The translations under genes were made by a program, and so were the position numbers. Below the pieces are notes generated by a model that worked only from the letters and a program-made list of their open reading frames with translations, was not told the DNA's origin and ran no database searches. Shown here piece after piece: positions 29,127-39,419 of a stretch of DNA of 64,000 nt. The first letter of the stretch is position 1, and each line of letters starts with the position of its first letter. This DNA comes from Clostridia bacterium (GTDB lineage: Bacteria; Bacillota; Clostridia; Oscillospirales; Acutalibacteraceae), in assembly GCA_017409265.1 (NCBI GenBank), contig JAFQSY010000089.1:5128-69127 (forward strand), in the 5' to 3' direction.

Positions 29127-29601
29127 GTTTCTCTGCCTTTTTCTTTCGTTCCGAAATTATCTCATAAATTTCATAGGCGATTACGATAAATGCTCCGACA
29201 GTTATACAGCAATCCGCAAAATTAAAAACTGCAAACTGAATAAACAGCGGCTCAATAAAATCAATAACATAACCGTAAGCGATTCTGTCAATAAGATTCC
29301 CTATACCGCCGGAAATTACAAGGATTAATGCCGCATTGAGTATTTTTGACTTTAACATTTTCCTCACCAGAACAACGAGAGCTGCAACAATCAAAACAGC
29401 AGTTAAAACAGATAAAATCTCTGTTTTATCGGAAAACATGCTGAATGCAGCGCCTGTGTTTTCGACATAAGAAAACTGAAAAAGCCCGAAAAGAAACTCT
29501 TTGGGTCCGTCAACCTTAACAGTCATAACCGCCGCATATTTGGTCAGTCTGTCTATTACGGTTAAAGCGGCAACAATCGCCAGAGATATCGCCTGAAACA
29601 T
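29119..29601 (-). CDS. lspA: Lipoprotein signal peptidase II
   Basis: NTGAAFS, GNLIDR, VIDF, FNFAD. Confidence 0.93.
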   Translation of the reverse strand: MFQAISLAIVAALTVIDRLTKYAAVMTVKVDGPKEFLFGLFQFSYVENTGAAFSMFSDKTEILSVLTAVLIVAALVVLVRKMLKSKILNAALILVISGGIGNLIDRIAYGYVIDFIEPLFIQFAVFNFADCCITVGAFIVIAYEIYEIISERKKKAEKHD

Positions 29602-29619
29602 ATAAACCTCTCAAATATA

Positions 29620-30903
29620 TCAATCGTCAAAAAGTGAATCGAAAAGGGATGTTATATCGTCATCTTCATCATCGTTATCATCGGTAATTTCATCAAGATC
29701 AATCTTAAAGCCGTCAAATTCATCGTCATCATCTTCTTCGTCTTCATCAGCTTCAAGTTCAATCTGAATTTCTTCCTCTTCTTCATCTGCAGCATCTTCT
29801 GCAACAGGAACAGAGGGAATCAAATCATCAAGGCTTGCGGGAATTGAATCAACCTCGGGAATATCCTCAAAACCCATATCCTCAATCATGCTGAAAAGGT
29901 CATCGTCATCATCTGAAATTTCAATTTCTTCATATTCAGGCTCTTCATTAACATCTTCTGCTTCAAATTCTTCGGATTCTGCTTCAATTTCCTCAACGGG
30001 AGCTTCAACAGCAGCTTCTGTACCCGACATAACATCATCAGCAAGACCGTTGATTTCTGCCATAAGAGCAATAGCTGAAGGATCATGCTCTTCTTCTGCT
30101 ACATCTTCTTCAATCTCTGCGATAATATCGTCAAAAGTCTCCTCTGCTGGCTCTGACACTTCTTCTTCAATTTCATCTGAAGCAACAATCTCTTCCGTCT
30201 CAACTTTTTCAGAAATCACTGCAGGTTCTTCAACGGTTATTGCAGCTTCAGGAACAAATGAAACTGGAATACTGCCAAGAAGAGTCAGCTGACCTTTGCA
30301 GACTTCTTCAATTGACGCTTTGAATTTTGAGGTTTCGTCCTTGATTTTCTCAAGTTCTGCTGAATAATACTCAAAGGACTGCTTGCTTGTACCGATAATT
30401 TCTCTGCCCTTTTCTTCTGCATTTGCAACAATTTCTGCTGCCTTTGCTTTTGCTTCGGAAATAGTGCGGTCAGTTTCAATCTGTGCTCTTTCAGTAAGAG
30501 AAGCAACGGCTGTTCTTGCATTATCAACAATTTCCTTTGCCTTTTCTCTTGCATCGTCAATTGTCTGCGCTGCCTGTCTGTTTGCGCCGTCAAGAATTAT
30601 CTTTGACTTATTTTCAGCATCTGAAACAAGAACATCTGCCTTTTCAGCTGCGCTCTTATTTACGTTTTCAGCCATTTTATGAGCATCAAGAAGAGCAAGC
30701 TTTATTGCCTCTTCATCGTTACGGTAGCTTTCGATTTTATCTGCAAGAATGCTGATTTTCTTGATAAGCTCTCTGTTTTCGTTCAATGAATTTTCATAAG
30801 AAACAGCAACACTCTTGAGGAATGAATCAACCTCTTCTGCACTGTATGTACCCTTGCTGACGGGAGTGAATTTTGCGTTCAAAATCTGTTCTGTACTGAG
30901 CAT
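29620..30903 (-). CDS. divIVA: DivIVA domain protein with long acidic C-terminal tail
   Basis: F...KGTYSAEEVDSFL N-terminal domain, coiled coil, position after sepF. Confidence 0.75.
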   Translation of the reverse strand: MLSTEQILNAKFTPVSKGTYSAEEVDSFLKSVAVSYENSLNENRELIKKISILADKIESYRNDEEAIKLALLDAHKMAENVNKSAAEKADVLVSDAENKSKIILDGANRQAAQTIDDAREKAKEIVDNARTAVASLTERAQIETDRTISEAKAKAAEIVANAEEKGREIIGTSKQSFEYYSAELEKIKDETSKFKASIEEVCKGQLTLLGSIPVSFVPEAAITVEEPAVISEKVETEEIVASDEIEEEVSEPAEETFDDIIAEIEEDVAEEEHDPSAIALMAEINGLADDVMSGTEAAVEAPVEEIEAESEEFEAEDVNEEPEYEEIEISDDDDDLFSMIEDMGFEDIPEVDSIPASLDDLIPSVPVAEDAADEEEEEIQIELEADEDEEDDDDEFDGFKIDLDEITDDNDDEDDDITSLFDSLFDD

Positions 30904-30929
30904 AATATTCACTTTTCCTCTCTTTTAAA

Positions 30930-31433
30930 TTAATACTGTTCATCGCCCATATTTCCGCTGATTTCATCAAGAAGCTCACCGGACACTGGAACGTTATAAG
31001 GTGTTATAATGTATGCTCTGCCTGCAACCTTTTTGAAATCACCGTGGTTGGCATATGCAACGCCGTAAAGGAAATCAATGATTCTCTGTGAAACATCGTT
31101 GGGGCAGGTTTCAAGATTAAGAATGACTATTCTTTTTTCGTTAAGAATATTTGCAACCTCTCCCACTTCTTCAAATCTGTCAATCTTCTGAAAAACAACA
31201 TGGGGCTTGGGCTGGTTTGAAGCCGGTTTTGAAGAATTGATATTAACAACATTGTTTGCGCCTGCGTTGGTCTTTTCGCTTCTCACTCTCTGCGATGACT
31301 GACGGGTAACGGGAGCTGCTTCAGCTGCAGCAGGCTCAAAATCAAAATCGTCAGTGTATTCACCTTCTGCGCTGTCGATATAATCATCATCCGTTACGCT
31401 GATAAACTGCTTAAGCTTTTCTTTGAATCCCAT
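30930..31433 (-). CDS. sepF: Cell division protein SepF
   Basis: VILNLE...QRIIDFLYGVAYA..G, ITPYNV. Confidence 0.9.
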   Translation of the reverse strand: MGFKEKLKQFISVTDDDYIDSAEGEYTDDFDFEPAAAEAAPVTRQSSQRVRSEKTNAGANNVVNINSSKPASNQPKPHVVFQKIDRFEEVGEVANILNEKRIVILNLETCPNDVSQRIIDFLYGVAYANHGDFKKVAGRAYIITPYNVPVSGELLDEISGNMGDEQY

Positions 31434-31449
31434 TTGTAATTCCTCCTAA

Positions 31450-32175
31450 TTATCTGTAAATTCTCATACCAAAAATCGCAGAACCGACTCTGACAAGATT
31501 TGCGCCTTCGAGAATTGCATATTTATAATCTCCCGACATTCCCATTGAGAGAATATTCATATTAACATTATCCACGTTTTTTGCTCCGATGTCAATAAAC
31601 ATACGGTGCATATTTGAAAAAACAGCCCTGATTTCGGATTCTTTTTCAAGAATCGGGGCAACACACATCAATCCGTCAATTGTAATGCCCTGTATTTCCG
31701 AAATCTCACATGCTCTTTCAAAAAGCTCATCGCCAGAAAAACCAAACTTACTGTCTTCATTTCCGACATTTACTTCAAGCAGTATTTTGGTTATAACACC
31801 TGCATCAAGCGAACGCTTTCCAATTTCCTTTGCGATAGAAACGGTATCTACCGATTGAACGGTATCTACCTTGCCGACAATCTTTTTCACCTTGTTGGAC
31901 TGCAAATGACCGATAAGATGCGCCCTGCAGCTTTCAAGATTAAGTTCAGGCTCTTTAAGCAATAATTCCTGAACCTTATTTTCGCCGATTAATTTAACTC
32001 CGTTGTTGATTGCATGATTGATAAATCTGCTTTCAACAGTTTTGGTAACCGCCATAAGATTTACATCATTCGGCGTTCTTCCGGACTTAATTGCAGCTTC
32101 GGCAATTTCTTCGTTAATGATCTTAAGATTTTCTTCAATTGCAGAAAATCTCTGCTCATCTGATAACCATTCCAT
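31450..32175 (-). CDS. yggS: PLP homeostasis protein YggS
   Basis: MAVTKT, GENKVQE, IGHLQSNK, LSMGMSGDY, VRVGSAIFG. Confidence 0.93.
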   Translation of the reverse strand: MEWLSDEQRFSAIEENLKIINEEIAEAAIKSGRTPNDVNLMAVTKTVESRFINHAINNGVKLIGENKVQELLLKEPELNLESCRAHLIGHLQSNKVKKIVGKVDTVQSVDTVSIAKEIGKRSLDAGVITKILLEVNVGNEDSKFGFSGDELFERACEISEIQGITIDGLMCVAPILEKESEIRAVFSNMHRMFIDIGAKNVDNVNMNILSMGMSGDYKYAILEGANLVRVGSAIFGMRIYR

Positions 32176-33400
32176 CTTCAAGCTCCTTTCCCGATATAAT
32201 TACCTCATCATAAAGCTTAAGATGAGTATGACTGAGTTTTATTCCGCTTTCTTCGTCAGGTTTTGCGGCAATAACAAACGAATCCTCCGAATAAATGATG
32301 TTAAGACTTCTGAAGTTAACCATATTACCTCTTCGGATATAAACACCTGCACTTCCGTCCTCTGCATCAAGACGTACCGCATCTCTGTTAATCTTAAGAC
32401 CCGTATATTCGTTCATTACGATTTTGCCGTCAACCTTGCGAAGAGAAGTCAGACTTTCATTCATAAGATTACATCTGAAAATAACAAGCGATTTTTCTGA
32501 ATCAACATTTTTTACTGAATAGACATATGTTGTTACAGGATTTTTCCCCGAATCATCGAATAAAAGGCTTACAGCTTTTCCCTTTGAAAATCCGCCGATT
32601 TTTGCGGAATCAATAACCGTTGCAACATACCAATTATAGCCGTCAATGATTTTTCCGATTGAAGAATCCGAAACTTCATTATTTTTTCCGACAAATGCTT
32701 TTTCAAGCATTTCGGCTGTAAGCGAATCAATATCATTGCAGGTTAAAACATTTTCAAAGCCGTCAAGCTTGCTGACGTAATAACCCGATTCCTCGGCAGT
32801 AATTATTTCCGACGGAGTTCCCGATGAACTCAATGCAGAAATTTCATTCTGAAGCTCTGCAATTTTTTCAGAGCAGTCAACGGTTATTCCGAAAGAAATC
32901 TGCTTTCTCGAAAGCTTTTCGCTGAACGAAAGCTTATCATCTCTTAGGGTTGAAAAATCATTGCTATATGCTGCATTGAGCATTGATTCAAAATCGGCAT
33001 CAATTTCATTTGTCAGTTTGTTAATATCAATATTTGCCAGTCTTAATTGACTGTCAATTTTTTGATAAGCCTCAAGACGTTTTTGGAGAGACTGAACTTT
33101 AATATAGTTTTCCGCCGATGCTTCACTTGGGAATGATGCTGCAATGGTACTGCCCTTGCTGACCCGTTCCGCATTCTCTGCAAGCGGAACGATAACACCC
33201 GTTGAGCTTAAATTAAGGATTGTTTCATCACGGATAATATACATTTCAGCATCCATTGACTCAAGAACAGTCTGTTCATATGCGGTTTGAGTGGTATAAG
33301 TTCTGTTTGCAAGACTGTAAATCTCTGCCGCAAAAAACAGAACAATGATAACGGCTGCCGCTGCTGCAAGAACCTTCAGCAAGCGGTCTTTACTTTTCAT
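32156..33400 (-). CDS. HlyD-like membrane-fusion/adaptor domain protein
   Basis: N-terminal TM, IIRDE, ERVSKG, SGYY...DGFE, LKLYDEVI; usual position upstream of yggS in Clostridia. Confidence 0.7.
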   Translation of the reverse strand: MKSKDRLLKVLAAAAAVIIVLFFAAEIYSLANRTYTTQTAYEQTVLESMDAEMYIIRDETILNLSSTGVIVPLAENAERVSKGSTIAASFPSEASAENYIKVQSLQKRLEAYQKIDSQLRLANIDINKLTNEIDADFESMLNAAYSNDFSTLRDDKLSFSEKLSRKQISFGITVDCSEKIAELQNEISALSSSGTPSEIITAEESGYYVSKLDGFENVLTCNDIDSLTAEMLEKAFVGKNNEVSDSSIGKIIDGYNWYVATVIDSAKIGGFSKGKAVSLLFDDSGKNPVTTYVYSVKNVDSEKSLVIFRCNLMNESLTSLRKVDGKIVMNEYTGLKINRDAVRLDAEDGSAGVYIRRGNMVNFRSLNIIYSEDSFVIAAKPDEESGIKLSHTHLKLYDEVIISGKELEDGMVIR

Positions 33401-34343
33401 CAGCAGCACTCCTTTCTATAATGTTACAAGCAGCATCAAGAAATTCTTCACCGCTTGAATAATCGTCAATATAAAGGAATTTAATTTTTTCATCGCGTCT
33501 GAACCATGTAAGCTGACGCTTGGCATAATGCCTGGTCTGCATTTTAAGGTTTTCAACGCACTCATCAAGAGATTTTTCATTTTTAAAATAAGGATTAAGC
33601 TCCTTGTAGCCGATTGCCTGACGCGCCGTTCTTCCGAGAGGTGAATCAAAAAAAGCTTTTGCTTCTTCAAGAAGTCCGTTCTTAAGCATGATATCGACTC
33701 TTTTATTTATTCTGTCATAGAGAAACTGCCTGTCCCTCGCATCAAGGCAGATTGCCGATGTTAAAAAAGGTGACGGTGTTTTTCTCGACTCTTCGTTCTG
33801 GATTGTTTTTGTTTTACCGGTTGTATGGTTAATTTCAAGAGCTCTTATTATACGTCCGAGATTATTTATATGAAGCTCTGAAGCAGCCTCAGGGTCAATT
33901 TTCTGAAGTTCATCAAGCAAAACCTGCGCTCCGTGCTCTTCAGCTCTTCTTTTGAGAAACTCGCGATATTCAAAATCCGTTTCTTCCTGCAAAAATTCGA
34001 TATTATCGACAAGCGAGCTGTAGTAAAGCCCCGTTCCACCGACAAGAACAGCTTTCTTTCCTCTGCTGTTAATATCGTATATCACATCTTTTGCCATTTC
34101 ACAGTATTTCGCAACGCTGAAAGGCTCGTCAGAGTCAAGAAAACCAATAAGGTGATGAGGGATTCCCTGCATTTCTTCTTCGGTCGGCTTTGCAGTTGCA
34201 ATATTCATGCCTTTATATATCTGCATAGAATCACAGGAAACAGCCTCCGCATCATATCTTTTGCAGATTTCAACGGCTAATGAGGTTTTTCCCGATGCGG
34301 TAGGACCGACAATCGCTATCAGAGGTATTTTAGATTCTGCCAA
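33390..34343 (-). CDS. miaA: tRNA dimethylallyltransferase
   Basis: GPTASGKT, DSMQIY, VGGTGLY, YAKRQLTW. Confidence 0.95.
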   Translation of the reverse strand: MAESKIPLIAIVGPTASGKTSLAVEICKRYDAEAVSCDSMQIYKGMNIATAKPTEEEMQGIPHHLIGFLDSDEPFSVAKYCEMAKDVIYDINSRGKKAVLVGGTGLYYSSLVDNIEFLQEETDFEYREFLKRRAEEHGAQVLLDELQKIDPEAASELHINNLGRIIRALEINHTTGKTKTIQNEESRKTPSPFLTSAICLDARDRQFLYDRINKRVDIMLKNGLLEEAKAFFDSPLGRTARQAIGYKELNPYFKNEKSLDECVENLKMQTRHYAKRQLTWFRRDEKIKFLYIDDYSSGEEFLDAACNIIERSAADEK

Positions 34344-36267
34344 AATTTTTCTCCAGCTCTCTTTGTGTCATTTCTATAAGTACAGGTCTGCCATGAGGGC
34401 AGTAACGGATATCGGGCATTGAAAGAAGCTGCTTTGCAAACCGCTCCATTTCAAGACGCGAAGTAAAATTGCCGGCTTTTATTGCACTTCTGCATGCAAC
34501 GGAATGGAAAATCCAATCAAGCTTTTCAAACATAACATCCTGCTTTTTATCAACAAACCTACCTGCAATTTCACAAATAACATCAGCAACATCATCGGAT
34601 GAAAGCTCCATCGGGCATTCCCTTACAATAATACAACCGTTTCCGAAATCCTCTGCATCGAATCCTGCGTTATTGATAAGTTCAAGGTTTTCAAGGGTAG
34701 CGGAATACTCTTCTTTTGAAAGGGTAACCGTAACAGGCAAAAGTAAAATCTGCGGTGTTCTTTCGCCGTTATCCTTTTTAAGCTTTTCATAGATTATGCG
34801 TTCATGAGCAGCATGCTTGTCAATTATCACAAGCTTGCCCTTATATTCACACATAATGTATGTCTTGAAAGCTTCACCGATAAGATTAAATTCTTCCTCT
34901 TCAAAAGCAGAAACAGCATTGGCTTCTGTTTTAACTGCTTCAACGGCAGGTTCAGGCTGACTCGGTTTTGCAGGTGAATTGAGAAGAATATCCTCCGTTG
35001 TTTCTTCCTTTTCAGGTTCACATATTGGAGATTTAAAAACCGATACGGGTTTTACAGGTACAATTTTTTCTTTTTCCGTACTCACAAAATCAATTTTGAT
35101 TTTCGGTTCATCTTTCGGAGTTTGAGCGGTTTTCACGAAAACCGCATCCGTATTTTTAGGAATATGCTGCCAGAAATCAGCCGACGGAGCAGGCTTTTGA
35201 GTTATCTTAAGCTGCTCTGCGGGTTTTTCGGGAGCTTTATAATAGTCTTTTACGATTTCTTTTATTTGTTTCGGTGTATCTCCCGACGAAAGCGCATTTT
35301 TGCAGGCATAGTAAACCGCATTGAAAATCAATTTTTCATCAGAGAACCTGACCTCTGTTTTTGCAGGATGAACATTGACATCCACAAGCGACGGGTCAAT
35401 TTCAATATTAAGCACACATGACGGAAATTTACCGACCATAATTGAGTTTTTATATCCCTCACTCAAAGCGGCACTGCCCGTACCTGTTTTGATAAGTCTG
35501 TTATTAATAAAGAAAAACTGCATGTTGCGGTTGGGTCTTGATGCAACGGGTTTAGAAACAAATCCGCTGACCTTAACGCCCTGACCGATATTTTCGGCAG
35601 GAATAAGACCGGATGAAAACTCTTTTCCGAAAACTTCTCTTATGCATGTGAGCAAATCACCGTTGCCGCTGGTTATAAGAGTCTGTTTGCCCTCGCGGAT
35701 AAATCTGAATGAAATTTCAGGGTGCGAAAGAGCAATTCTGTCAACAACTCCTGCAACAGCATTGGCTTCAGTCACGTCTTTCTTAAGAAATTTCATTCTT
35801 GCTGGAGTTTTATAGAAAAGGTCCCTGACAATAATGGTTGTTCCCTTCGGACAACCCGCATCGTCAAGCAGAATTTCATCTCCACTTTCGATAACATATC
35901 TTGTTCCGCTTTCGTCATCAGCGGTCTTTGTCATAACCTCAACCCTTGCAACTGCGCTGACACTTGCAAGCGCCTCGCCTCTGAAGCCGAGTGTAAAAAT
36001 ACCGTTAAGGTCATCAGCGGTGGCAATTTTACTTGTTGCATGACTGACAAAAGCATTTCTGATATCGGCTCTTTCAATGCCACTGCCATTATCGGTAATT
36101 CGAATATAAGAAATACCGCCGTTTTTTATTTCAACGGTTATGTTATCAGCACCCGCATCAATAGAGTTTTCAAGGAGTTCCTTAACAACCGAAGCAGGTC
36201 TTTCAACCACTTCGCCTGCGGCAATAAGCTCTGCAAGGTGCTTTGGCAAAACATTTATCTTCGGCAT
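34330..36267 (-). CDS. mutL: DNA mismatch repair endonuclease MutL
   Basis: IAAGEVVERP, GFRGEALAS, DKHAAHER, CPHGRP. Confidence 0.97.
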   Translation of the reverse strand: MPKINVLPKHLAELIAAGEVVERPASVVKELLENSIDAGADNITVEIKNGGISYIRITDNGSGIERADIRNAFVSHATSKIATADDLNGIFTLGFRGEALASVSAVARVEVMTKTADDESGTRYVIESGDEILLDDAGCPKGTTIIVRDLFYKTPARMKFLKKDVTEANAVAGVVDRIALSHPEISFRFIREGKQTLITSGNGDLLTCIREVFGKEFSSGLIPAENIGQGVKVSGFVSKPVASRPNRNMQFFFINNRLIKTGTGSAALSEGYKNSIMVGKFPSCVLNIEIDPSLVDVNVHPAKTEVRFSDEKLIFNAVYYACKNALSSGDTPKQIKEIVKDYYKAPEKPAEQLKITQKPAPSADFWQHIPKNTDAVFVKTAQTPKDEPKIKIDFVSTEKEKIVPVKPVSVFKSPICEPEKEETTEDILLNSPAKPSQPEPAVEAVKTEANAVSAFEEEEFNLIGEAFKTYIMCEYKGKLVIIDKHAAHERIIYEKLKKDNGERTPQILLLPVTVTLSKEEYSATLENLELINNAGFDAEDFGNGCIIVRECPMELSSDDVADVICEIAGRFVDKKQDVMFEKLDWIFHSVACRSAIKAGNFTSRLEMERFAKQLLSMPDIRYCPHGRPVLIEMTQRELEKNFGRI

Positions 36268-36287
36268 ATTAAGAATCTCCTTTCATT

Positions 36288-38888
36288 TTAGTTTTTAGCC
36301 TGTTTTGTTAAATCGTAAAGAACACTCATTGCCTCAATGGGTGTAAGAGTATTCACATCTGTTTTTTTGAGTTTTTCAACAATATCGTTTGCATTTGATG
36401 AGCCGAAAGACATCTGCATTTCAGGCTCTTCATGATATACATGCACGGGAGCTTTAAGACCCTCTCCTTCAAGTTCTTTGAGAACAACCTTTGCTCTTTC
36501 AACAACGCTGTTAGGTACACCTGCAAGCTTTGCAACTTCAATGCCGTAGCTGCCGTCTGCACAGCCTTTAACAATTCTGCGAAGGAAGGTTATATCGTCT
36601 CCCCTCTTTTTAACGGCAATATTGTAATTTTTTACACCTGCAACACTTGTTTCAAGCTCGGTGAGTTCATGATAATGAGTTGCAAAGAGTGTTTTTGCGC
36701 CGAGCCTGCGTTTATCGGCCGAAAACTCAAGAACAGCCCTTGCAATGCTCATGCCGTCAAAGGTTGAGGTGCCTCTGCCGATTTCATCAAAAATTATAAG
36801 ACTCTTTGATGATGCATTTTTGAGGATATCCGCAACCTCGGTCATTTCAACCATAAATGTCGAGGAACCCGATGCAAGGTCATCGGAAGCACCGATTCTT
36901 GTGAATATGCCGTCAACAACGCAAAGCTCCGCCGAAAGTGCTGGAACAAAGCTGCCTGCCTGCGCCATAAGACAGATAAGAGCAACCTGACGCATATATG
37001 TTGATTTACCCGCCATATTCGGACCCGTAATAATTGCACAGCGGTCTTCGCTGCAGTCAAGCACGGTGTCATTCGGAACAAACGGGAAATCTATCATTTT
37101 TTCAACAACAGGATGGCGTCCGTCGGTGACGGAAATTCTGTCCCCTGCATTCATAACAGGGCAGCAATAGTTATTTTCACCGGCAACCCTTGCGTAAGAG
37201 CAAAGAACATCAACTGCCGCAACGGCAGATGCCGTTTTCTGAATTTCAAAAAGCTTTTCAGCTGCTTTTTTTCTGACCGAATCAAAGATTTCATATTCAA
37301 GGCGGACTATTCTTTCCTGTGCGCCGAGAACTTTTGATTCTAATTCTTTAAGCTCCTGTGTTATGAATCTTTCGCAGTTTGTGAGTGTCTGCTTTCTTAT
37401 GTAATCATCAGGAACAAGCTCTTTAAATGAATTTGAAACTTCAATATAATATCCGAAAACACGGTTATAACCGATTTTGAGTTTTTTAATACCTGTTCTT
37501 TCCTGCTCACGAAGCTGGATATCGGCAATATAACCTTTGCCGTTTGCAACTATATCTCGCAAAGAATCAAGCTCTTCATTAAATCCGTCATTAATCATTC
37601 CGCCTTCACGGACAGAGAACGGCGGCTCTTCGACAATTGATCTGTCAATCATCTCTGCAAGGTCCTCAAGAGGAAGAATTTCGCTCTGAAGCTCCGTAAG
37701 CATGCTGCTCTTTGAATTTGCAAGAAGAGATTTTACTGCAGGAAGTCTGTTAAGAGTTGATGAGAGTCCTTTAAGCTCCCTTGCGTTTGCCGTTGAATAA
37801 GCAATTCGGGTTATGAGTCTTTCCATATCCTGACAGCCAGTTAATGCCTCAATAATATCATCACGAAGTGCAGGATTTTCAACAAGCTCTGCAACAGCAT
37901 TATGACGCTTTGTTATTTTTGCAATACTCAAAAGCGGCTGTTCAAGCCATGAACGGAGCATGCGTTTACCCATTGAGGTTTTTGTTTTATCAAGCACCCA
38001 AAGGAGTGAGCCCCTCTTTTCTCTGTTGCGCATGGTTTCAGTTATTTCAAGATTACGCAAGGTTGATACATCAAGACGCATAAAACTGCTTTCGCCGTAA
38101 TAATCAATATTCTTAATATTTTCAAGTTCGGTTTTCTGAACACTCTTAAGATAATCCATTGATGCGCCGATTGCACAAACCGCACCCTCTGCATTTTCAA
38201 GCGAAAGCTGCGAAAGAGAAGTTACACAAAAATGCTTCAAAAGAGTACCGGAAGCTTTTGAAAGGTCAAAGCACTCATCATCGAGCATATCGCAGGCAGA
38301 ATGAAGTCTTGTTTTAACAAAATCAGTAACCTGCGTAAGCTCAAGAACAGCGGAATTAATTATGATTTCACTCGGAGCAAATCTGCCAAGCTCATTTATA
38401 ATTCTGCGCTGTGAATTTTTTCTTTCAAACTGCGTTGCATGAACGCTGCCTGTGGAAATATCGGCAAAGCAAAGACCGACGCAATCCTTAAGAACACAGA
38501 TACATGCAAGGAAATTATTTCTGCCCTCGTCAAGCATTGTACTTTCAATAACCGTACCGGGGGTGAGAACTCTTGTTACGTCACGCTTAACGATGCCCTT
38601 TGCAAGTGCGGGATCCTCAAGCTGCTCACAGATTGCAACCTTATAGCCCTTTGCAACAAGGCGTGCAATATAAGAATCTGCGCTGTGGAAAGGAACGCCG
38701 CACATAGGCGCTCTTTCTTCCTGACCGCAGTCCCTGCCTGTTAAAACAAGCTCAAGCTCTGCTGACACAAGCTTTGCATCGTCAAAGAACATCTCATAGA
38801 AATCACCCAGACGGAACATGAGAATCGTGTCGGGATAATTCTCTTTTATCTGAAAATACTGTTTCATCATCGGGGTAAGCTCTGCCAT
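36288..38888 (-). CDS. mutS: DNA mismatch repair protein MutS
   Basis: TPMMKQY, GDFYEMF, TGPNMAGKST, DEIGRGTST. Confidence 0.97.
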   Translation of the reverse strand: MAELTPMMKQYFQIKENYPDTILMFRLGDFYEMFFDDAKLVSAELELVLTGRDCGQEERAPMCGVPFHSADSYIARLVAKGYKVAICEQLEDPALAKGIVKRDVTRVLTPGTVIESTMLDEGRNNFLACICVLKDCVGLCFADISTGSVHATQFERKNSQRRIINELGRFAPSEIIINSAVLELTQVTDFVKTRLHSACDMLDDECFDLSKASGTLLKHFCVTSLSQLSLENAEGAVCAIGASMDYLKSVQKTELENIKNIDYYGESSFMRLDVSTLRNLEITETMRNREKRGSLLWVLDKTKTSMGKRMLRSWLEQPLLSIAKITKRHNAVAELVENPALRDDIIEALTGCQDMERLITRIAYSTANARELKGLSSTLNRLPAVKSLLANSKSSMLTELQSEILPLEDLAEMIDRSIVEEPPFSVREGGMINDGFNEELDSLRDIVANGKGYIADIQLREQERTGIKKLKIGYNRVFGYYIEVSNSFKELVPDDYIRKQTLTNCERFITQELKELESKVLGAQERIVRLEYEIFDSVRKKAAEKLFEIQKTASAVAAVDVLCSYARVAGENNYCCPVMNAGDRISVTDGRHPVVEKMIDFPFVPNDTVLDCSEDRCAIITGPNMAGKSTYMRQVALICLMAQAGSFVPALSAELCVVDGIFTRIGASDDLASGSSTFMVEMTEVADILKNASSKSLIIFDEIGRGTSTFDGMSIARAVLEFSADKRRLGAKTLFATHYHELTELETSVAGVKNYNIAVKKRGDDITFLRRIVKGCADGSYGIEVAKLAGVPNSVVERAKVVLKELEGEGLKAPVHVYHEEPEMQMSFGSSNANDIVEKLKKTDVNTLTPIEAMSVLYDLTKQAKN

Positions 38889-38953
38889 GAATTTACCATA
38901 CCTTTCAAAATTTCCCGATGGGGCTGCAAAAGAGCAGCCCCAAAGTTTTCAAC

Positions 38954-39367
38954 TTAGTGACAGCCGCTGCAGGATGAGCATTCGCCGCCGCAATTGTGCT
39001 CCTGCTGCTGGGGCTCGCAGGTTGCGGGGTCTTCGCCCTGAAGGCAAAGAACGAAAATATTGTTGATATACTGCATGAGCTGATCAATTTCTGCTCTTGC
39101 AGCCTCATAAGCCTGCATGTTGGGGTTAGCCATAATCTGAGTATAGATTTCGCCAAACTCCTTGTCATAAGCTTCAAGCTTCTGCTCGTTCTTATCTTCC
39201 TTTGATGCCTCATGCTGGAATGACATCTGAACAAGCTGGATTCTTGCGATAAGCTCGTTGAGAGCTGTATCCTCTTCGTTAGCCTTCTGTGCTTCCATGA
39301 GCTTGAGATAACGCTCGTCCTGCTGAAGGGCTGCGCCAAGCTCTCTTGCTTTTGCAATTACGTCCAT
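38954..39367 (-). CDS. YlbF/YmcA family regulator
   Basis: ARELG..LQ helical protein with Cys-rich tail CGGECSSCSGCH; lies between miaB and mutS. Confidence 0.8.
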   Translation of the reverse strand: MDVIAKARELGAALQQDERYLKLMEAQKANEEDTALNELIARIQLVQMSFQHEASKEDKNEQKLEAYDKEFGEIYTQIMANPNMQAYEAARAEIDQLMQYINNIFVLCLQGEDPATCEPQQQEHNCGGECSSCSGCH

Positions 39368-39419
39368 TTTTGTTTCTCCTAACTGTGAAAAATTTATTAT
39401 AATACGTTTTACCGTCGTA

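Noticed and set aside
38905-39357. 150-aa alternate-frame ORF over the YlbF-family gene
   Set aside because: Frame-shifted shadow with no SD and implausible Ser/Arg-rich composition
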